Source: the human T2T-CHM13v2.0 reference genome, Homo sapiens
Strand: one strand, 5' to 3'
DNA length: 64,000 nucleotides
NCBI RefSeq assembly: GCF_009914755.1
Contig: NC_060934.1
Part shown: piece after piece, positions 1-28,535 of the stretch
Layout of the letters: the number at the start of each line of letters is the position of its first letter
Numbering within the stretch: the stretch's first letter is position 1
The notes under the pieces: model-generated
What the model saw: only the letters and a program-made list of their open reading frames with translations
The model's database searches: none
Told to the model about the DNA's origin: nothing
Translations under genes and position numbers: made by a program

Positions 1-87
1 ACTATGCACTCTCTTTGCAACACTCTGGAAATCTCAAACTGCTCTAAAAAATTCTTTTTTTTTTTAAATAAAAAAATAGAAAAATGG

Positions 88-3297
<3,210 letters not shown>

Positions 3298-6072
3298 CTC
3301 CTCTGAATTATTTAATAGTGGCCGGGGGAAGCTTTTGAGACTGGAAAGAACTATGATAAACTAAAGGTTCTATTTCAATACTTAAATATTGACTTCCAGA
3401 TTAATATTATAGAAATAAAAATTAAAATCTAGAATTATAAACCTTACTGGATGGGTGAGCATTTGGAGCATACCTTTCAAATTCATTACTGAAAGTATGT
3501 ATAAAGAAGTTTACATCAGCCCTTGATGTTTGCTAGTTTATTTGTGCAACAGACCAAATGGATATGCTATGTTACTCAATTTGTGGCCTTAATAGCTTTA
3601 TTTTTCAAAGGCACTGGTTGTAGAACATAAACTATAATAAGGTCAGCAGCAGTTAGTGTGGCACCACTAACGATATAATATGAAAAAGGGGCCTTCTCCA
3701 AATGATTACAGGATACGAAATTCTTGCCTGTAACTGCTGGTCCAAGTTCTCACCTTCCTGAATGACTACTATAATTTTTCCCCCAAAAATTGCTCATATA
3801 TATGCTTAGGGTGACCTGAACGACTATTCTACTTAATTTATTTACATTTTATTAAGACAATGCAATAAATTAGGTCTAAATATTGTTAGGATCACAAATA
3901 TTACATGTAAAACATTTAGATAAAATGAGATTATTTCCAATTAGGGGAATGTCCTTTGATCCTTCACTTATGTTTTGGAAGCAGTGCCCTGGACCATCCA
4001 CGATCTGCTCACTTTGAGAAGGGATCCCTCACAATCCAAAGGTATGAGTTTCTACTCTGAAGGGAACGCATGCATCCCCATCCAACAGCTTCAAAGGGCT
4101 GCAAGGGACCACAGTCTTTTTTAAAAAGCTACACAAACAAAACTCAAGTTTCCCCCCCAGTGTCCCTCATCTTGCCTACTTTAATTTCAGATCCTTTCCT
4201 TAACCTGCCCTTCATGAATCAAGCCTGTGTCAATTTAGAAACAGGAAAAAAATGTTTGATGCACATTACATATCTTTTCTATATGAAGTTCTTATGAAGG
4301 TTCCAAAAAGAGAAGCGATAAAGGAAACAAGACCCGAACACACCAAATATATAATATGTAGGCCATTATAATGCTTTGGCCTACTAGCACGGGGAAAAAA
4401 AAATACCTGTTGGGCAAAGCATGCAAATGACTGTAAAACATCGACAACAGCCATGCAGAGTAGTAATTTCATGCAAATCATTTTGTATACTACAAATTCT
4501 AACTTTCGAAACGACGAAAAGTCATAAACTTTGCTACAGTTTGGTTTATAGTGACAAAGTTCCATTTCAATCTCTTCTTTCCGATGTATTAATAAACATC
4601 CTAAAACTGCTTGTCTGTTCTAACCATTAGATCACTGGTTATCATTAGAATGAATTAGTGCTCACATCTATGTTGTAGTTTCAATAGGTTTTTAAAACAA
4701 TTACTCCATTCCACACAATGTGGAATTATCCTATTCCACAGACCAGTTCCCTCCCCGACAAAAAGTGTTACTTTTACTTTAAAAAGTATATGACCAACAT
4801 ATCTCTGGTTCTGCCAAATTATCAGTTTATGTGCTGACTCAAACTGCCATTTTCATAAGATGAATTTTCAAAGAAGCTAACAAAATAAGCTCTCCAAACA
4901 TAAAACTGTAACTCACAAGGTATATTCATCTACAACATGGGTAAAACCCGAAACTTCTATTTCGGTGAAGGAAGGATGAAAATAAGAGCTATCCATGCCC
5001 TAACGATTAGAAAAATTGTCCGGTTAGAGGGAAAAAAAAAAACCCTACACAAAGTTTCTTAAGCCCAGAGCCTAGCCAAGAACATGTGCATCCCCAGAAC
5101 GCCAATGTAATAAATGCCTTGGAGAGATCGGGGCACACAAGTTTTTCCCTCAAGCGCCAATGGCTGAAGTACACATATAGAAATAGAAATCGCAGACAGC
5201 AGCACTGTGGCAGAAAAAAAGAGAAAAAAGGACTGATCTGGATGTCAAGAGACGTTGGTTTTAAGTCTCTTGGCTCAACAACTCCCGGAGTGACCTTGGG
5301 GAAACCTCTCTCTAGGCCTGTTTCGTTATCTTTAAGAGGCGACCTGAAGTCCCTTTACATTAACTCTATTCCAACTTCCAGTGATTCGAAACAGGCTTTA
5401 GGACTGCTTCTAATCAATGCCAGGAAAAATGAAAAAACAAAAACAAAACAAAACAACAGGAATCAGGTTAAATGGGTCAGAGGCCCCTAAGTGGATATAA
5501 AGCAGCTGGGTAAAGGGTAAGTGGACGCCGACCCAGCAAAGCACTGAGCGCGGCTTGGAGAGCGGGGGTGGCTGCGGGAAGGCCGGGGGTGGGTCCGTAG
5601 GGCTCCCGGCCCGGGCAGGAGGTGGAGCCGAGGCTCTCGCGTGCATTGTCCCCGGGAGGGAGCCATGTTTCTTACTCCCCGGCACTCCCAGATGGCGGCC
5701 GGGGACGCGGGCCCTAAGCAGACCAAAGCCCCAGGGACCTGGAGAGCCAGAGGACGCAGGCAGCAAGGAGGGAGCTCCAGTCCGGGTAGGGGCTGTCTCC
5801 CGGGCTGCGGTCCCCGCGACGCACCCGGAGGCGGCAGGGGGAAGGAAAGGCCCCTGGGGCGACGGTTCCGGGCTACGCGCCTCCCAGACCCCAGTCGATA
5901 GAGTGAGAAGGAAACCCATGCCCAACCACCGGCTGGGACAGCGGCGGGCAGGCCGCATCGGTCTCCTCTCCCCGCGCGGGCCGGGCGGCGGAGCAGTGGG
6001 AAGCAGGCCCGCGCTCTCGACCTCGGAGGCCTCGGGCCGCCCCAGCCCGGCGCGCCCCGATCAGCTACTCAC

Positions 6073-6121
6073 CGTTGGCGCGTTTGAGGGCATTTTCCGG
6101 CCTCTGAAAATAGGCCGGCAT
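6073..6121 (-). CDS. EIF3A: EIF3A coding part of exon 1 (translation initiation factor 3 subunit A); the gene continues beyond the left edge of the window
   Basis: Minus strand gccgccaagATGCCGGCCTATTTTCAG...AACG|gtgagt translates MPAYFQRPENALKRAN+G, the recognised eIF3a N-terminus. Canonical donor GTGAGT at 6067-6072. Confidence 0.97.
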
Positions 6122-6268
6122 CTTGGCGGCAGGCTCAGCTCACCCGGCGTCAGCGAACTCTCTAGTGGCCCGGGCCGGGAGAGGAGACGAAGGGGAACCA
6201 GCGTAAGGTCCCACGCGCCTCGCCAGCAGTCGCCCGCGCCCAGCCGGCCAGAGACGGAAAGGAAGGAG
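6122..6268 (-). other. EIF3A: EIF3A 5' UTR beginning with a 5'TOP-like pyrimidine tract
   Basis: Minus strand starts CTCCTTCCTTTCC (6256-6268) and runs ATG-free to the start codon. The TSS position is inferred. Confidence 0.7.
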
Positions 6269-7040
6269 CCACGTGACCTCCCCGCGGCGGCCCTGCTGCC
6301 GCCCAGGCCCCGGATGTAGGGGGCGGGTCTCCGTGCGCGCAAGCGCGCTGGCGTCACGCACGCCGACAGACGTGGCGGCGCCGGAGTCCTAGGCGCGCAA
6401 GGTCCAGTTCCCGTCTTGGGCCTGTCCTGGATAGCGTTAGGGAGACAGTTCACAGGCTCTTCAATCTTCGAGCGAGAATTAGGGTGGGAAGGGTGAGTGT
6501 GGGGTCAGAGTTTCTGTCTGGAGAACAAGCAAACGTCTGCAGATTGGTTTTCAAAGCGACTTGTGCGGAGTCGTGCAGTTACAGTAAGGTCCCGTCCAGC
6601 CTGGGAATCGCCTGTCTTGGCTACGTGAAAATGCTGAGTTTAACGAAAACGCAGTGAGCAGGTGTCATCAGGTCAGCGCCGCTCAACCGTGAGAGACAAT
6701 CATGGGGAAGAGTGACGCCTAAAATAAACAAGCAAGGTTCTTTTATATCTTGGTAAAGTAAAAAGTTTGTGTCACAGGGATTGCCTTGAGAAATGGAGGC
6801 TCTCAGAGGGGGCGAATGGGGACAGCGACCTGGCAAAGGGCGAAACGCCCTGGAGCACAGCAGACTTGCTTGGTGTTTGAAAACACACGGAAAGGAGTGT
6901 CGTCACTTTTTACATACAGCGCACGTCACAAACAAATTAAGAAAAATTAGTGTTAGTGAAAAAAATCAATCTGAGAGGCCCTTTTATTGTTGCTTAACAA
7001 TTTTAATGTTCGCAGACGAAGTACTTTACCTAGAATTTGA

Positions 7041-7392
<352 letters not shown>

Positions 7393-7488
7393 CCAGAAGG
7401 AAAATTTAGAAGGCAGCAGTGAAATAGATTATTGTCAATGTATTACACATTTAATAGACGAGATATGTGAATTAATGAATGAGGAAAT

Positions 7489-10853
<3,365 letters not shown>

Positions 10854-11166
10854 TCACCCCACTATCTGCTGCCAGTACTTCAAGCCTCAGCTCAAAGGCT
10901 TCCTCTGCAAAGCTTTTCCTGACAGCCAGGGGGTGACTGAACTGCCCCTTTGTTTGTGCTCTTGGCTCATGCAACCGTTAACTCCATCATCGCCCATTCT
11001 TGAGCACTCTGCTACCCCTGCAACCCTCACAGGCAGCTGTATTCCTTCCTTGAGCCACTGACTCCTGGAGGTGGCATCAGTGACCACCTGTGACCTGACC
11101 TTCACAGTTGGATCCTCTGCCTTACCTCAGCCACTCACACACATGGTCATACCCTAGAGTCTAGAC

Positions 11167-12077
<911 letters not shown>

Positions 12078-13490
12078 CTACTAAAAATACAAAGATTTGC
12101 TGGGCATGGTGGCACATGCCTGTAATCCCAGCTACCCCGGAGGCTGAAGCAGAAGAATTGCTTGAACCTGGGAAGCAGAGGTTGCAGTGAGCCAAGGTTA
12201 CACCACTGCAGTCCAGCCTGGATGGCAGAGCAAGACTCCATCTCAACAAAAATAAAATAAAATAATAAAGATCTTAGTTCCTGGCGGGGCGAGGTGGCTC
12301 ACGCCTGTAATCCCAGCACTTTGGGAGGCCAAGGCAGGCAGATCACATGAGGTCAGGAATTCAAGACCAGCCTGCCCAACATGGCAAAACCTCGTCTCTA
12401 CTAAAAATAGAAAAAAATTAGCTAGGCATGGTGGCAGGCACCTGTAGTCCCGGCTACTCAGGAGGCTGAGGCAGGAGAATCGCCTGAACCCGGGAGGTGG
12501 AGGTTGCAGTGAGCCAAGATCGCACCACTGCCCAGACTGGGCGACAAGAACGAAACTCAATCTAAAAAAAAAAAAAAAATCTTAGTTCTCAAAATCTCAA
12601 TTTCAAGATTCACTTTTCAGCCACCACCTCCTATTGTTAACTCTATTGTGCTCCAACTCTAATGACCCTTCTGTTTACCAGGACCTACAATCCCTTTATC
12701 AATTCTGCTTCCTTTTCACTACCCCTCATTTCCCATGGCCTCTATTTCCCCCTTTTCCCACTCAGATTCTACAGTTTTGTTCTTTTCTTCCTCACTTCTC
12801 CTTTTATTCTACTCAGCAAATCCCAACCCTGGTCAAATCCAACCCTCCACCTACACCTTGCCTGCAGCCTAATGTGGCCACAGAAGAATGTATAAGCACG
12901 TTGACAGGTCTCACCTTAAATTCAAGACCACAGGCCTCAACAAGCACGTTGTTGCTGCCCAGCCATCCTATTAAACTTCTCTCGGCCCTATCCCATTCTC
13001 CCAGATGATTGTTTCATACTTTTTCCTCTCTCTCCAATCCTCTAATGCTCCTTGCTCTACTTTACTCTCAGCCAGGTCCTGCTTTCCCATAGCACTGAAA
13101 ACAGTGGGGCAGCTAGAAGAGAACTTTGGCACCGTGCCATCTCTCCCCCAACTCACACCTGCAGCTGTGCTCAGATGCTCTGCCTTCTCTCCCTCCTCCC
13201 ACTCTGTAGTCTGGGGCTCCTATCTCAAGCCAACCCCTATACACCAATGCATTTGATTCCATCTCTCACATGCAGGGGTGACCCCTTCATGTCCTTGAAA
13301 TACTTCCTTCACTTGGCCACCACTCAGCCTTTCCTGATGTTCTCCTTGCTTTGCTAACTACTCTTTGCTGCTGTCTCATCTCTGTGACCTCTGAGGTTGA
13401 AATATCCCAGGGCTCAGCCCCTGGACCTCATCCTTTCTCTAACTATGCTCATTAGTTGGTTCTAGCTTATAGCTTTAGGAATCATCTCTA

Positions 13491-14762
<1,272 letters not shown>

Positions 14763-15403
14763 TCACCCGCCCTAGACCTCTCTCCTGAAAGCCCGACCTC
14801 TCACATTCAGATGCCTGTTTGGCAAATCTATTAAATGTTCAATGTACTACACACATTCAACCTGCCAAACACCTGGTCTCCTCTACCTCCAATCTTCTCC
14901 TGTCATCTTTCCCATGTTAATAATGGCAACCTGGTTCTTCCAGTTGCTCAGATCAAAAAATGTTGGAAACATCCTTGAATCCTCTTTTTTTGTTACCTCC
15001 CCACATCCAATCAACCCATCAACGAATCCTATATCTACCACCTCCATGGCTACCACCTGGTCCAAGTCACCACCATTTCTCAACTGGAGTATTGAATAAC
15101 CTGCTAACTTGTCTGTGAGTTTCCACCTTTGGAAACCTTCACTTTACTCTCCTAATAGTGAGCAGAGGAATCCTTTTAAAACAAAAGTGAAATTATCAGT
15201 CCCCTGATCAAGACCCTCTTGTGGTTCACCAACTCAGTGAAAGCTAACGTCCTTAAAATGGCCTGCAAAGCCCTACACAGTTCTTCTCCACTACCCCCAG
15301 TGTCACCTTTTCAGCCATGATAACCTTCCCTCACCTCATTAAAGTCATAATAACATCCCTTGCACCCATACTTCCTAGCACCCTTCTCTTCTTCTCTTCT
15401 TGA

Positions 15404-15745
<342 letters not shown>

Positions 15746-17061
15746 TGATCCCCATATATTTTATGAATTTATTTCTTTATTATCCACCCCTTTAGAATAA
15801 AACGAGCTTGATGAGGGCAAGGATTTTGTGTCTGTTTCATTTACTGCTGTATGTCTAGTACCTATAACAGTGCCTGGCACATAGTAAGCACTCGGTAAAT
15901 TTCTGTTGAATAAATAAACTGATTAAAGGAGGCTTCCTGTATTATGATTGCCTCTCTCCATGTTGGTCTCCTGTATGCCACTGGGAGTCCTTTGAAGGTC
16001 GTCACTAGGACAGTTCATTTTTGCATGTAGATTGTGCCTGGCACACAGTCAACACCAGAAAGTGGTTGTTCATTTTATGTTTCAGAGCACCTTGGTGGTT
16101 CCGACGGTGTGGTAACAAGGTCTGAAACCTTACAGCCGTGCATTCTTAATCATGAAAGTGTCCAACCGGGGTTGGAAATTTTCAACGATGGTCCATGAAG
16201 TGCAGATGTGAGGTGCACTGTGCCTGAGCCAGACGGTTCTCATTGGACCTTTTGGGTTCTGCAAATTCAAAGCAGGAAAATTGGAATGCAGCTTCAGTTA
16301 AGTGTATATTTAGTAAAAACATGTCCTGGCAGTATTTGTTACTTATTGGGAGAAATGCATCTTACATTTGGCTGTCTTCAGCCTTTAAGTTTCTGCCAGA
16401 CTCCAGGAGAAGGCTGAAGGGAAGGAGAGGAGCATGTTTGTGGGATCAATGCATATACTCACACATGCCATTATTGACATGCCATGAAGTGCAGCTCCTG
16501 CTTGGGGATTTAGGAGGTAATGTCCAAAGCCACACAGACCAACCAGGCCCAACAAAGCAGAGTGAGTAATGCACTGTGCATGGTGGTTTTGGGTGTGGTT
16601 TGAAAACAAGCATCACTGTTAAATACGTTAAATACGATTAGAAGGAAACCTAAAACCACAGGGTGTGGACTTTTATGTTGGGGGTGTGTATATTAGATAA
16701 TCTTCACATGGACCTTTTCATTGTATCAGCTTCTCACGGAGCAGCTTGAATGGCACCTCCTCAGAGAGCCTTCTCATGGTCATTTGCTCTAAGTCTGTTT
16801 TAGCCGAGCACCGTGGCATAAACCTGTAATCCCAACAATTTGGGAGGCTGAGACAGGAGGCTCACTTGAGCCCAAGAGCTCAAGACCAGCCTGGGGAAAA
16901 TAGGGAGACCTTCTCTCTACAAAAAATAAAAAAATAGCTAGGTGTGGTGGTGCACCTGTGGTCCCAGCTACTCAGGAGGCTGAAGTAGGAGGATCACTTG
17001 AGCCTGGGAGATCGAGGCTGCAGTGAGCCATGATCATACCTCTCTACTCCAGCCTGGGTGA

Positions 17062-17321
<260 letters not shown>

Positions 17322-17875
17322 TGAGACGGAGTCTTGCTCTGTCACCCAGGCTGGAGTGCAGTGGTGAGATCTTGGCTCACTGCAACCTCTGCCTCCCCGG
17401 TTCAAGCAATTCTGCCTCAACCTCCCAAGTAAATGGGATTACAAGCGTATGCCACCACGCCTGGCTAATTTTTTGTATTTTTAGTAGAGACGGGGTTTCA
17501 GCATGTTAGCCAGGATGATTTCGATCTCCTGACCTTGGGATCCACCCACCTTGGCCTCCCAAAGTACTGGGATTATAGGCATGAGCCACCACGCCCAGCC
17601 AAGACTACCTGTTTTAATTCTCTCCCAAGGGATCATCAGTATATTTCAGATCCCCTTGATGGTTCTAACTGCATGATAACAAGGTCTCATGTTTCCTTGG
17701 TCTTTGTTTGTCTTTGTTCCCTTGGTTGCTGTCTCCCTCACTACACTAGATGGTAAGATTTAAGGGACAAAGTGTGTCTTGTTCACCATTGTATCTCCGG
17801 CTCCCAGAACTATGGCCAGTGCAGAGCAAGTACTCCATAAATGTGTGATGTGTGAATAAATAAAGGAATGGAGAA

Positions 17876-19933
<2,058 letters not shown>

Positions 19934-20394
19934 AAACCCAGAGACCTTAACAATTCTCTTGGCATTAACTCTTTTTCTTTTTTGAGACAGTTTTGCTCTG
20001 TCGCCCAGGCTGAAGTGCAGTAGCACAATCTTGCCTCACTGCAACCTCCACCTCTGAAGTTCAAGCGTCTCTCAAGCCTCAGCCACCCGAGTAGCTGGGA
20101 TTACAGGCGCACGGCACCATGCCTGGCTAATTTTTTTATTTTTGTATAGTACAGGTGGGGTTTCACCATGTTGGCCAGGCTGGTCTCAAACTCCTGCCTC
20201 AAGTGATCCACCAGCCTCAGCCTCCCAAAGTGCTGGGATTCCAGGTGTGAGCCACTGCACCCGGCCAGCATTAAGTCTTGCAGAAGCAAGAATGAAACAC
20301 TAACAGTTTAAAATTTTTAAAGTTACTTTGCCTTATGTGAAATGAAAACAGAAATACAGCTCAATGGAGGATAAGGAGATTGTTTAAGGTTTAA

Positions 20395-20792
<398 letters not shown>

Positions 20793-21074
20793 TGAGCCAC
20801 CTGTGCCCCGCCTTAGAAGGTACATTTCTTTTGCGTTTTTTTTTTTTTTTTTTTTTTAGACAGGGTCTTACTGGGTTTTCTTGGCTGGAATGCAGTGGCC
20901 TTGGCCTGATCATAGCTCACCACAACCTGGAACTCCTGGGTTCGAGTGATCTTCCAGCCTCAGTCCCCCAGGTAGCCAGGACCACAGGCACACACCACCA
21001 CACCCACCTTGCATTTTATTTTCTACAGACATAGGATTATAAATACATTTCACTTCATCCCATAAACATGCCAT

Positions 21075-21230
21075 ATTTGGAGTCAGATGTGGCTTTTAAC
21101 CCCAGCTTTGCCATTTACTAGCTCCGTGACATTGGGCATGAAATCTCTCTGTAAGCCTCTGTTTTCCCATCTGCAAAACAGCCACAATAAGGGTGTGGTG
21201 GGGTTTAAATGAGACACTACATGTAGTGCT
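21075..21230 (+). mobile_element. MIR fragment
   Basis: CCCAGCTTTGCCATTTACTAGCT..GTGAC.TTGGGCA...CTCTGTTTTCCCATCTG core. Confidence 0.65.
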
Positions 21231-21916
21231 TTTTTTTCTTTACTCTTTTTTTTTTTTTTTTTCTGAGACAGGGTTCTTGTTGCCCAGGCTGGAGTACAGT
21301 GGCATGATCTTGGCTCACTGCAGCCTCCTCGACTTCCTGGGCTCAAGCAATCCTCCCACTTCAGCCTCCTGCGTAGCTGAGACCACAGAAATGCGCCACC
21401 ATGCCTTGCTAATTTTGTTATTTTTTGTTGAGAGGGGGTTTCCCCATGTTTCCCAGGCAAGTCTTGAACTTCTAAGCTCAAGCAGTCCACCCACCTTGGC
21501 CTCCCAAAGTGTGTAGAAAGTATGAGATCCTTTTAGGACAGTCCCCGATGCACTGCTTTTTAGAAATCATCCTCACATATATGCATGTAAGATGGACAAA
21601 ACAACCAATACATGAAACACAGCCTCTTTCTGCCCCTCAACTGCAAGAATTCTGATATTGACTAGTGGGCATTCCCCCCTCTTCCTTTATTCAACCTACA
21701 CTTTATCAGGTAGCTGTGATAGTCAGTTGGGAGGACACCCAGAGAAGTAGGGTGAGAGATTCATGTAGGAAACGGATGAGGTGAGAGAAAGACGGATAAG
21801 AGATATATTTTGGCTGTGTGTGGTGGCTCGTGCCTATAATCCCAGCACTGTGGGAGGCTGAGGCAGGCAGATCACTTTAGCTCAAGAGTTCAAGACCAGC
21901 CTGGGCAACGTGGCTA

Positions 21917-23340
<1,424 letters not shown>

Positions 23341-23388
23341 TATTTTATTTTTTTATTTATTATTTATATATATATTTTTTGGAGATAG

Positions 23389-23834
<446 letters not shown>

Positions 23835-23837
23835 TAG

Positions 23838-23969
<132 letters not shown>

Positions 23970-24406
23970 TAGCCTAAAAGTTTTATTTTTAAAAATCTGA
24001 GGGGAAAGGGATTTTAAGACATTTCACTGTAGGTAATAAATTCTGTCCTCTTTAATGTTTTTTGGAAAACGCAAAGAAAGATCAGAATTATTTTAATTAC
24101 ATTTTTCTTGCTGAACTATGTATTATTCTTTTTTTTAGAGACTGGTTTTTTTAGAGACTGGGTTTTGCTCTGTCACACAGGCTGGAGTGCAGTGGCTCAA
24201 TTGTAGCTCATGGCAACCAGTGACTCTTGGACTCAAGTGATCCTCCCACCTCAGCCTCCTGAGTAGATAGGTTCAGGTGTGTATCTCCAAGCCCACCTAA
24301 TTTTTAAATTTTTGTTCTAGAGACAGGGTCTTGCTATGTTGCCCAGGCTGCTCTTGAACTCCTGGGCTCGATGCTTTTGCCTCAGCTTCCCAAAATGCTG
24401 GGACTA

Positions 24407-24577
<171 letters not shown>

Positions 24578-25271
24578 CTACAAAAATAAAATAAAAATAA
24601 AAATAAAAATTAGCCGGGCATCGTGGCTCATGCCTATAGTCCCAGCTACTCTGGAGGCTGATGCAGGAGGATTGCCTGAGCCTAGGAGTTCAAGGCCATA
24701 CTGGGCAACATAAGGAGACCCCATCTCTACAAAAAGTTTTAAAAAATTGCTGGGCATGGTGGCACAAACCTATGGTCCCAGCTACTCGGGAGGCTGAGGT
24801 GGGAGAATTGCTTGAGCCTGGAAGGTCAAGTCTGCAGCAAGCTGTGATTGAACGACTGCACCCCAGCTTGGGTGACAGAGCAAGACCCTGTCTCAATAGA
24901 TAAATGAATAAATAAATAGAAAGAAAGAAAGAAAAAAGAATAATGCAACACAGCTCGAAACCTGGGCTTCTTAGGGCCGGAGAGCTACCCAGCATCCTGA
25001 AACCATTGAGAACACAAGGAGGATGACTTCATCTTGGGAATGTTCTGGAAGCCTCACATATGCTAGAAGTCAGGACGGAGTGTCAGAGCAGTTGACTGAA
25101 TCGCCTTCCAGTTCCCAAGTGAGACTGAATCCCTTAAATTAAAAGAGCTTGGCCAGGCGTGGTGGATCACACCTGTAATCCCAGCACTTTGGGAGGCCAA
25201 GGCGGATGGATCACTTGAGGCCAAGAGTTTCAGACTAGCCTGGCCAACATGGTGAAACCCCATCTCTACTA

Positions 25272-25620
<349 letters not shown>

Positions 25621-25995
25621 TCAGGAGGCTGAGACAGGAGAATTGCTTGAACCCAGGAGGCGGAAGTTGCAGTGAGCTGAGATTGCATCACTGCATTGCG
25701 ACAGAGCAAGACTCCATCAAAACAAACAAACAAACAAAACAACAACAACAAAAAAAAACTGCCACCCTAATGGCTCCCTTGGCTGACACATGCCCAATCT
25801 ATGATGGAATCCAATTACAGAAACAAAGATGAAAAAGAACCATATTTGACTCATAGGAACCTGGGATTGGAACACCTGGAAGATGCTGGGGTCCCTTGTG
25901 CACTTGTCCATGTGGCCAGACAGTTTAGGCACTTTCCAAATCTGCTTCAGTGCCAGTAACTTACTCTTTTTCTGCAGAGCAAGGAGTGAGCAGGC

Positions 25996-26855
25996 TGTGC
26001 AAAAAAGAATTCACACGACAGGCCTGAGGGTGATATCCATAGAAAGTCTGCTGGCCAGTTTGGCCCTTGGCTGTGCCTGGAAACTTGGACTTCGGCAGTG
26101 TTCCCAGCATTTCTAGAACTGATCAAACTGATCAGAGTGACAGACTATGCCTGAACTATTTGTACATACAATGTGGTTCATGAGAGTCTGGAAATCTGGT
26201 ATGAGCTAGGCAGAGGGTACCTATGTGACTGGCCCCCAGTAAAAACTGAGTTACTTGGTGACTGAGTTCTAACAAGCTTCCCTGGTTGATAAATATCACA
26301 AGTATTGCCACAACTTGTTGCTGGAGGAATTAGGTGTGTCCTGTGTGACTCTACCAGGAAATAACTCTTGGGAACTTGGCCCTGGTTTCCTCCAGACATC
26401 ACCCCATGTGCCTTTTCCCTTTGCTGATTTTGCTTTGTATTCTCTGGCTGTAATAAATCATAGCCCTGAGCTGGGGATGGTGGTTCACATGTGTAACCCC
26501 AGCACTTTGGAGCCTGAGGTGGGCAGATCGCTTGAGGTCAGAAGCTTGAGATCAGCCTACACAATATGGTGAGATCACATCTCAAAAAAAAAAAAAAAAA
26601 AATAGCTAGGCATGGTGGTGCCTGCCTGTAGTCCCAGCTACTCAGGAGGATGAGGTGGGAGGATAGCTTGAGCCTGGATCAAAGCTGCAAGTGAGCCGTG
26701 ATCGTGCCACTGCACTCCAGCCTGGGTGACAGAGTGAGACCCTGTCTCAAAAAAATAAAAATGTATATCATAGCCATGAGTATAGCTATATGCTGAATCC
26801 TGAGAATCCTTCCAACAAATCATTGAATTTGGGGGGTGGTCTTGGGGACCCTTTA
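25996..26855 (+). mobile_element. MER68-like ERVL solo LTR with an internal Alu
   Basis: Starts TGTGCAAAAAAGAATT...CAGGCCTGAG; contains GCTAGGCAGAGGGT..CCTATGTGAC and AATAAATCATAGCC; ends GGGGTGGTCTTGGGGACCC. Confidence 0.7.
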
Positions 26856-27197
26856 TATTCTTACCTATAAAATTAGGCTATTCTTATCAATAAAACTAGC
26901 ATAAAGATTTTCCCTGATTCAAATCTTTATTGGGAGAGTCACGGAGGAAAGTATGGTTAGCTCCATTTGATCACTGAGAAAACATGCACAGAAAAGATAG
27001 GAAACATGTGTGAGGTTTCGCAGCTAAGATGGGCAAGGGGGTTGGAACTCAGGTTGTCTGTTTCCACACCCCAGCTCCATCTGTCTGTGACAGCGCAGAG
27101 GTCAGTCTTACTTTTAAAGATTGGGGATGCGTCGCCTCTGCTCTCTCCACCCTCTATTCCTTTTCCCTTCACTCTGGTGTACCTGTCTGGCAGGTAA

Positions 27198-27742
<545 letters not shown>

Positions 27743-28535
27743 TAGCCGGGTTGGTCTCAATCTCCTGACCTCGTGATCCACCCACCTCAGCCTCCCAAAG
27801 TGCTAGGATTACAGGCGTGAGCCACCGTGCCCCACCTAGTGCAAGTTTCTAGTTGGCTTCCAAACTGATTCCACATCTGTGTCCCACTCCTCAGCCTCTA
27901 AACACCTGCTTCTTTTCTGTGAAAACTAGACACATTAACAGTTATACTACAACAGGAAGCCCAGAGAATAGAAGGGCACGTAGTTCAGGGTGCTGCCTTC
28001 CAGGGGTTCAGTTTAGTGAGAGAAACAGGAATGCCATATACACACCTAAATATACTCCAATGTATAAATTGCAGCCTGGGCAACATAGCGAGAAACTGTC
28101 TCCAAAAAAAAAAGAAAGAAAAAAGAAAAAAACAGGCGCAGTGGCTCACGCCTGTAATCCCAGCTACTCAGGAGGCTGAGGCAGGAGAATCCCTTAAAAC
28201 CGAGAGGCGGAGGTTGCAGTGAGCCGAGATCGCGCTATTGCACTCCAGGCCGGGCAACTGAACAAGACTCCATCTCAAAAAAAAAAAAAAAAAAGAAAAA
28301 AGAAAAAAAGATGAGGGTGGGATTGTATTCCTGCAGACACCAAGGACCCTCCCTAATTAGCTCTGTGTGACTTGGGGTTGGGGCAGACAGTAGATCCAGA
28401 GGAGGAATCTTGGAGCCAAATCTTCCAATGTCTGAGTCGTTACTATCATTCAGATCTCAGTTCAAATATCCCTTTCTCAAAGAAGCCTTTCTTGACACCC
28501 ATTTTAGAGCAGCACACCTCCACTCTCTAACACAC

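Larger units (their letters stand above)
5520..6480. promoter_or_regulatory. CpG island / EIF3A promoter
   Basis: Very high GC and CpG density. E-box CACGTG 6270-6275, GC box GGGGCGGG ~6320, NRF1-like GCGCAAGCGC ~6337, YY1-like AGATGGCGGC 5690-5699. Confidence 0.9.

Noticed and set aside
3652-3671. GTTAGTG-N6-CACTAAC hairpin
   Set aside because: A 7-bp stem is expected by chance in 64 kb.
5410-6453. Long ORFs (182, 254 and 130 aa) over the EIF3A promoter
   Set aside because: Stop-poor CpG-island sequence giving Pro/Gly/Arg-rich translations in several frames; the real CDS is the 49-nt exon.
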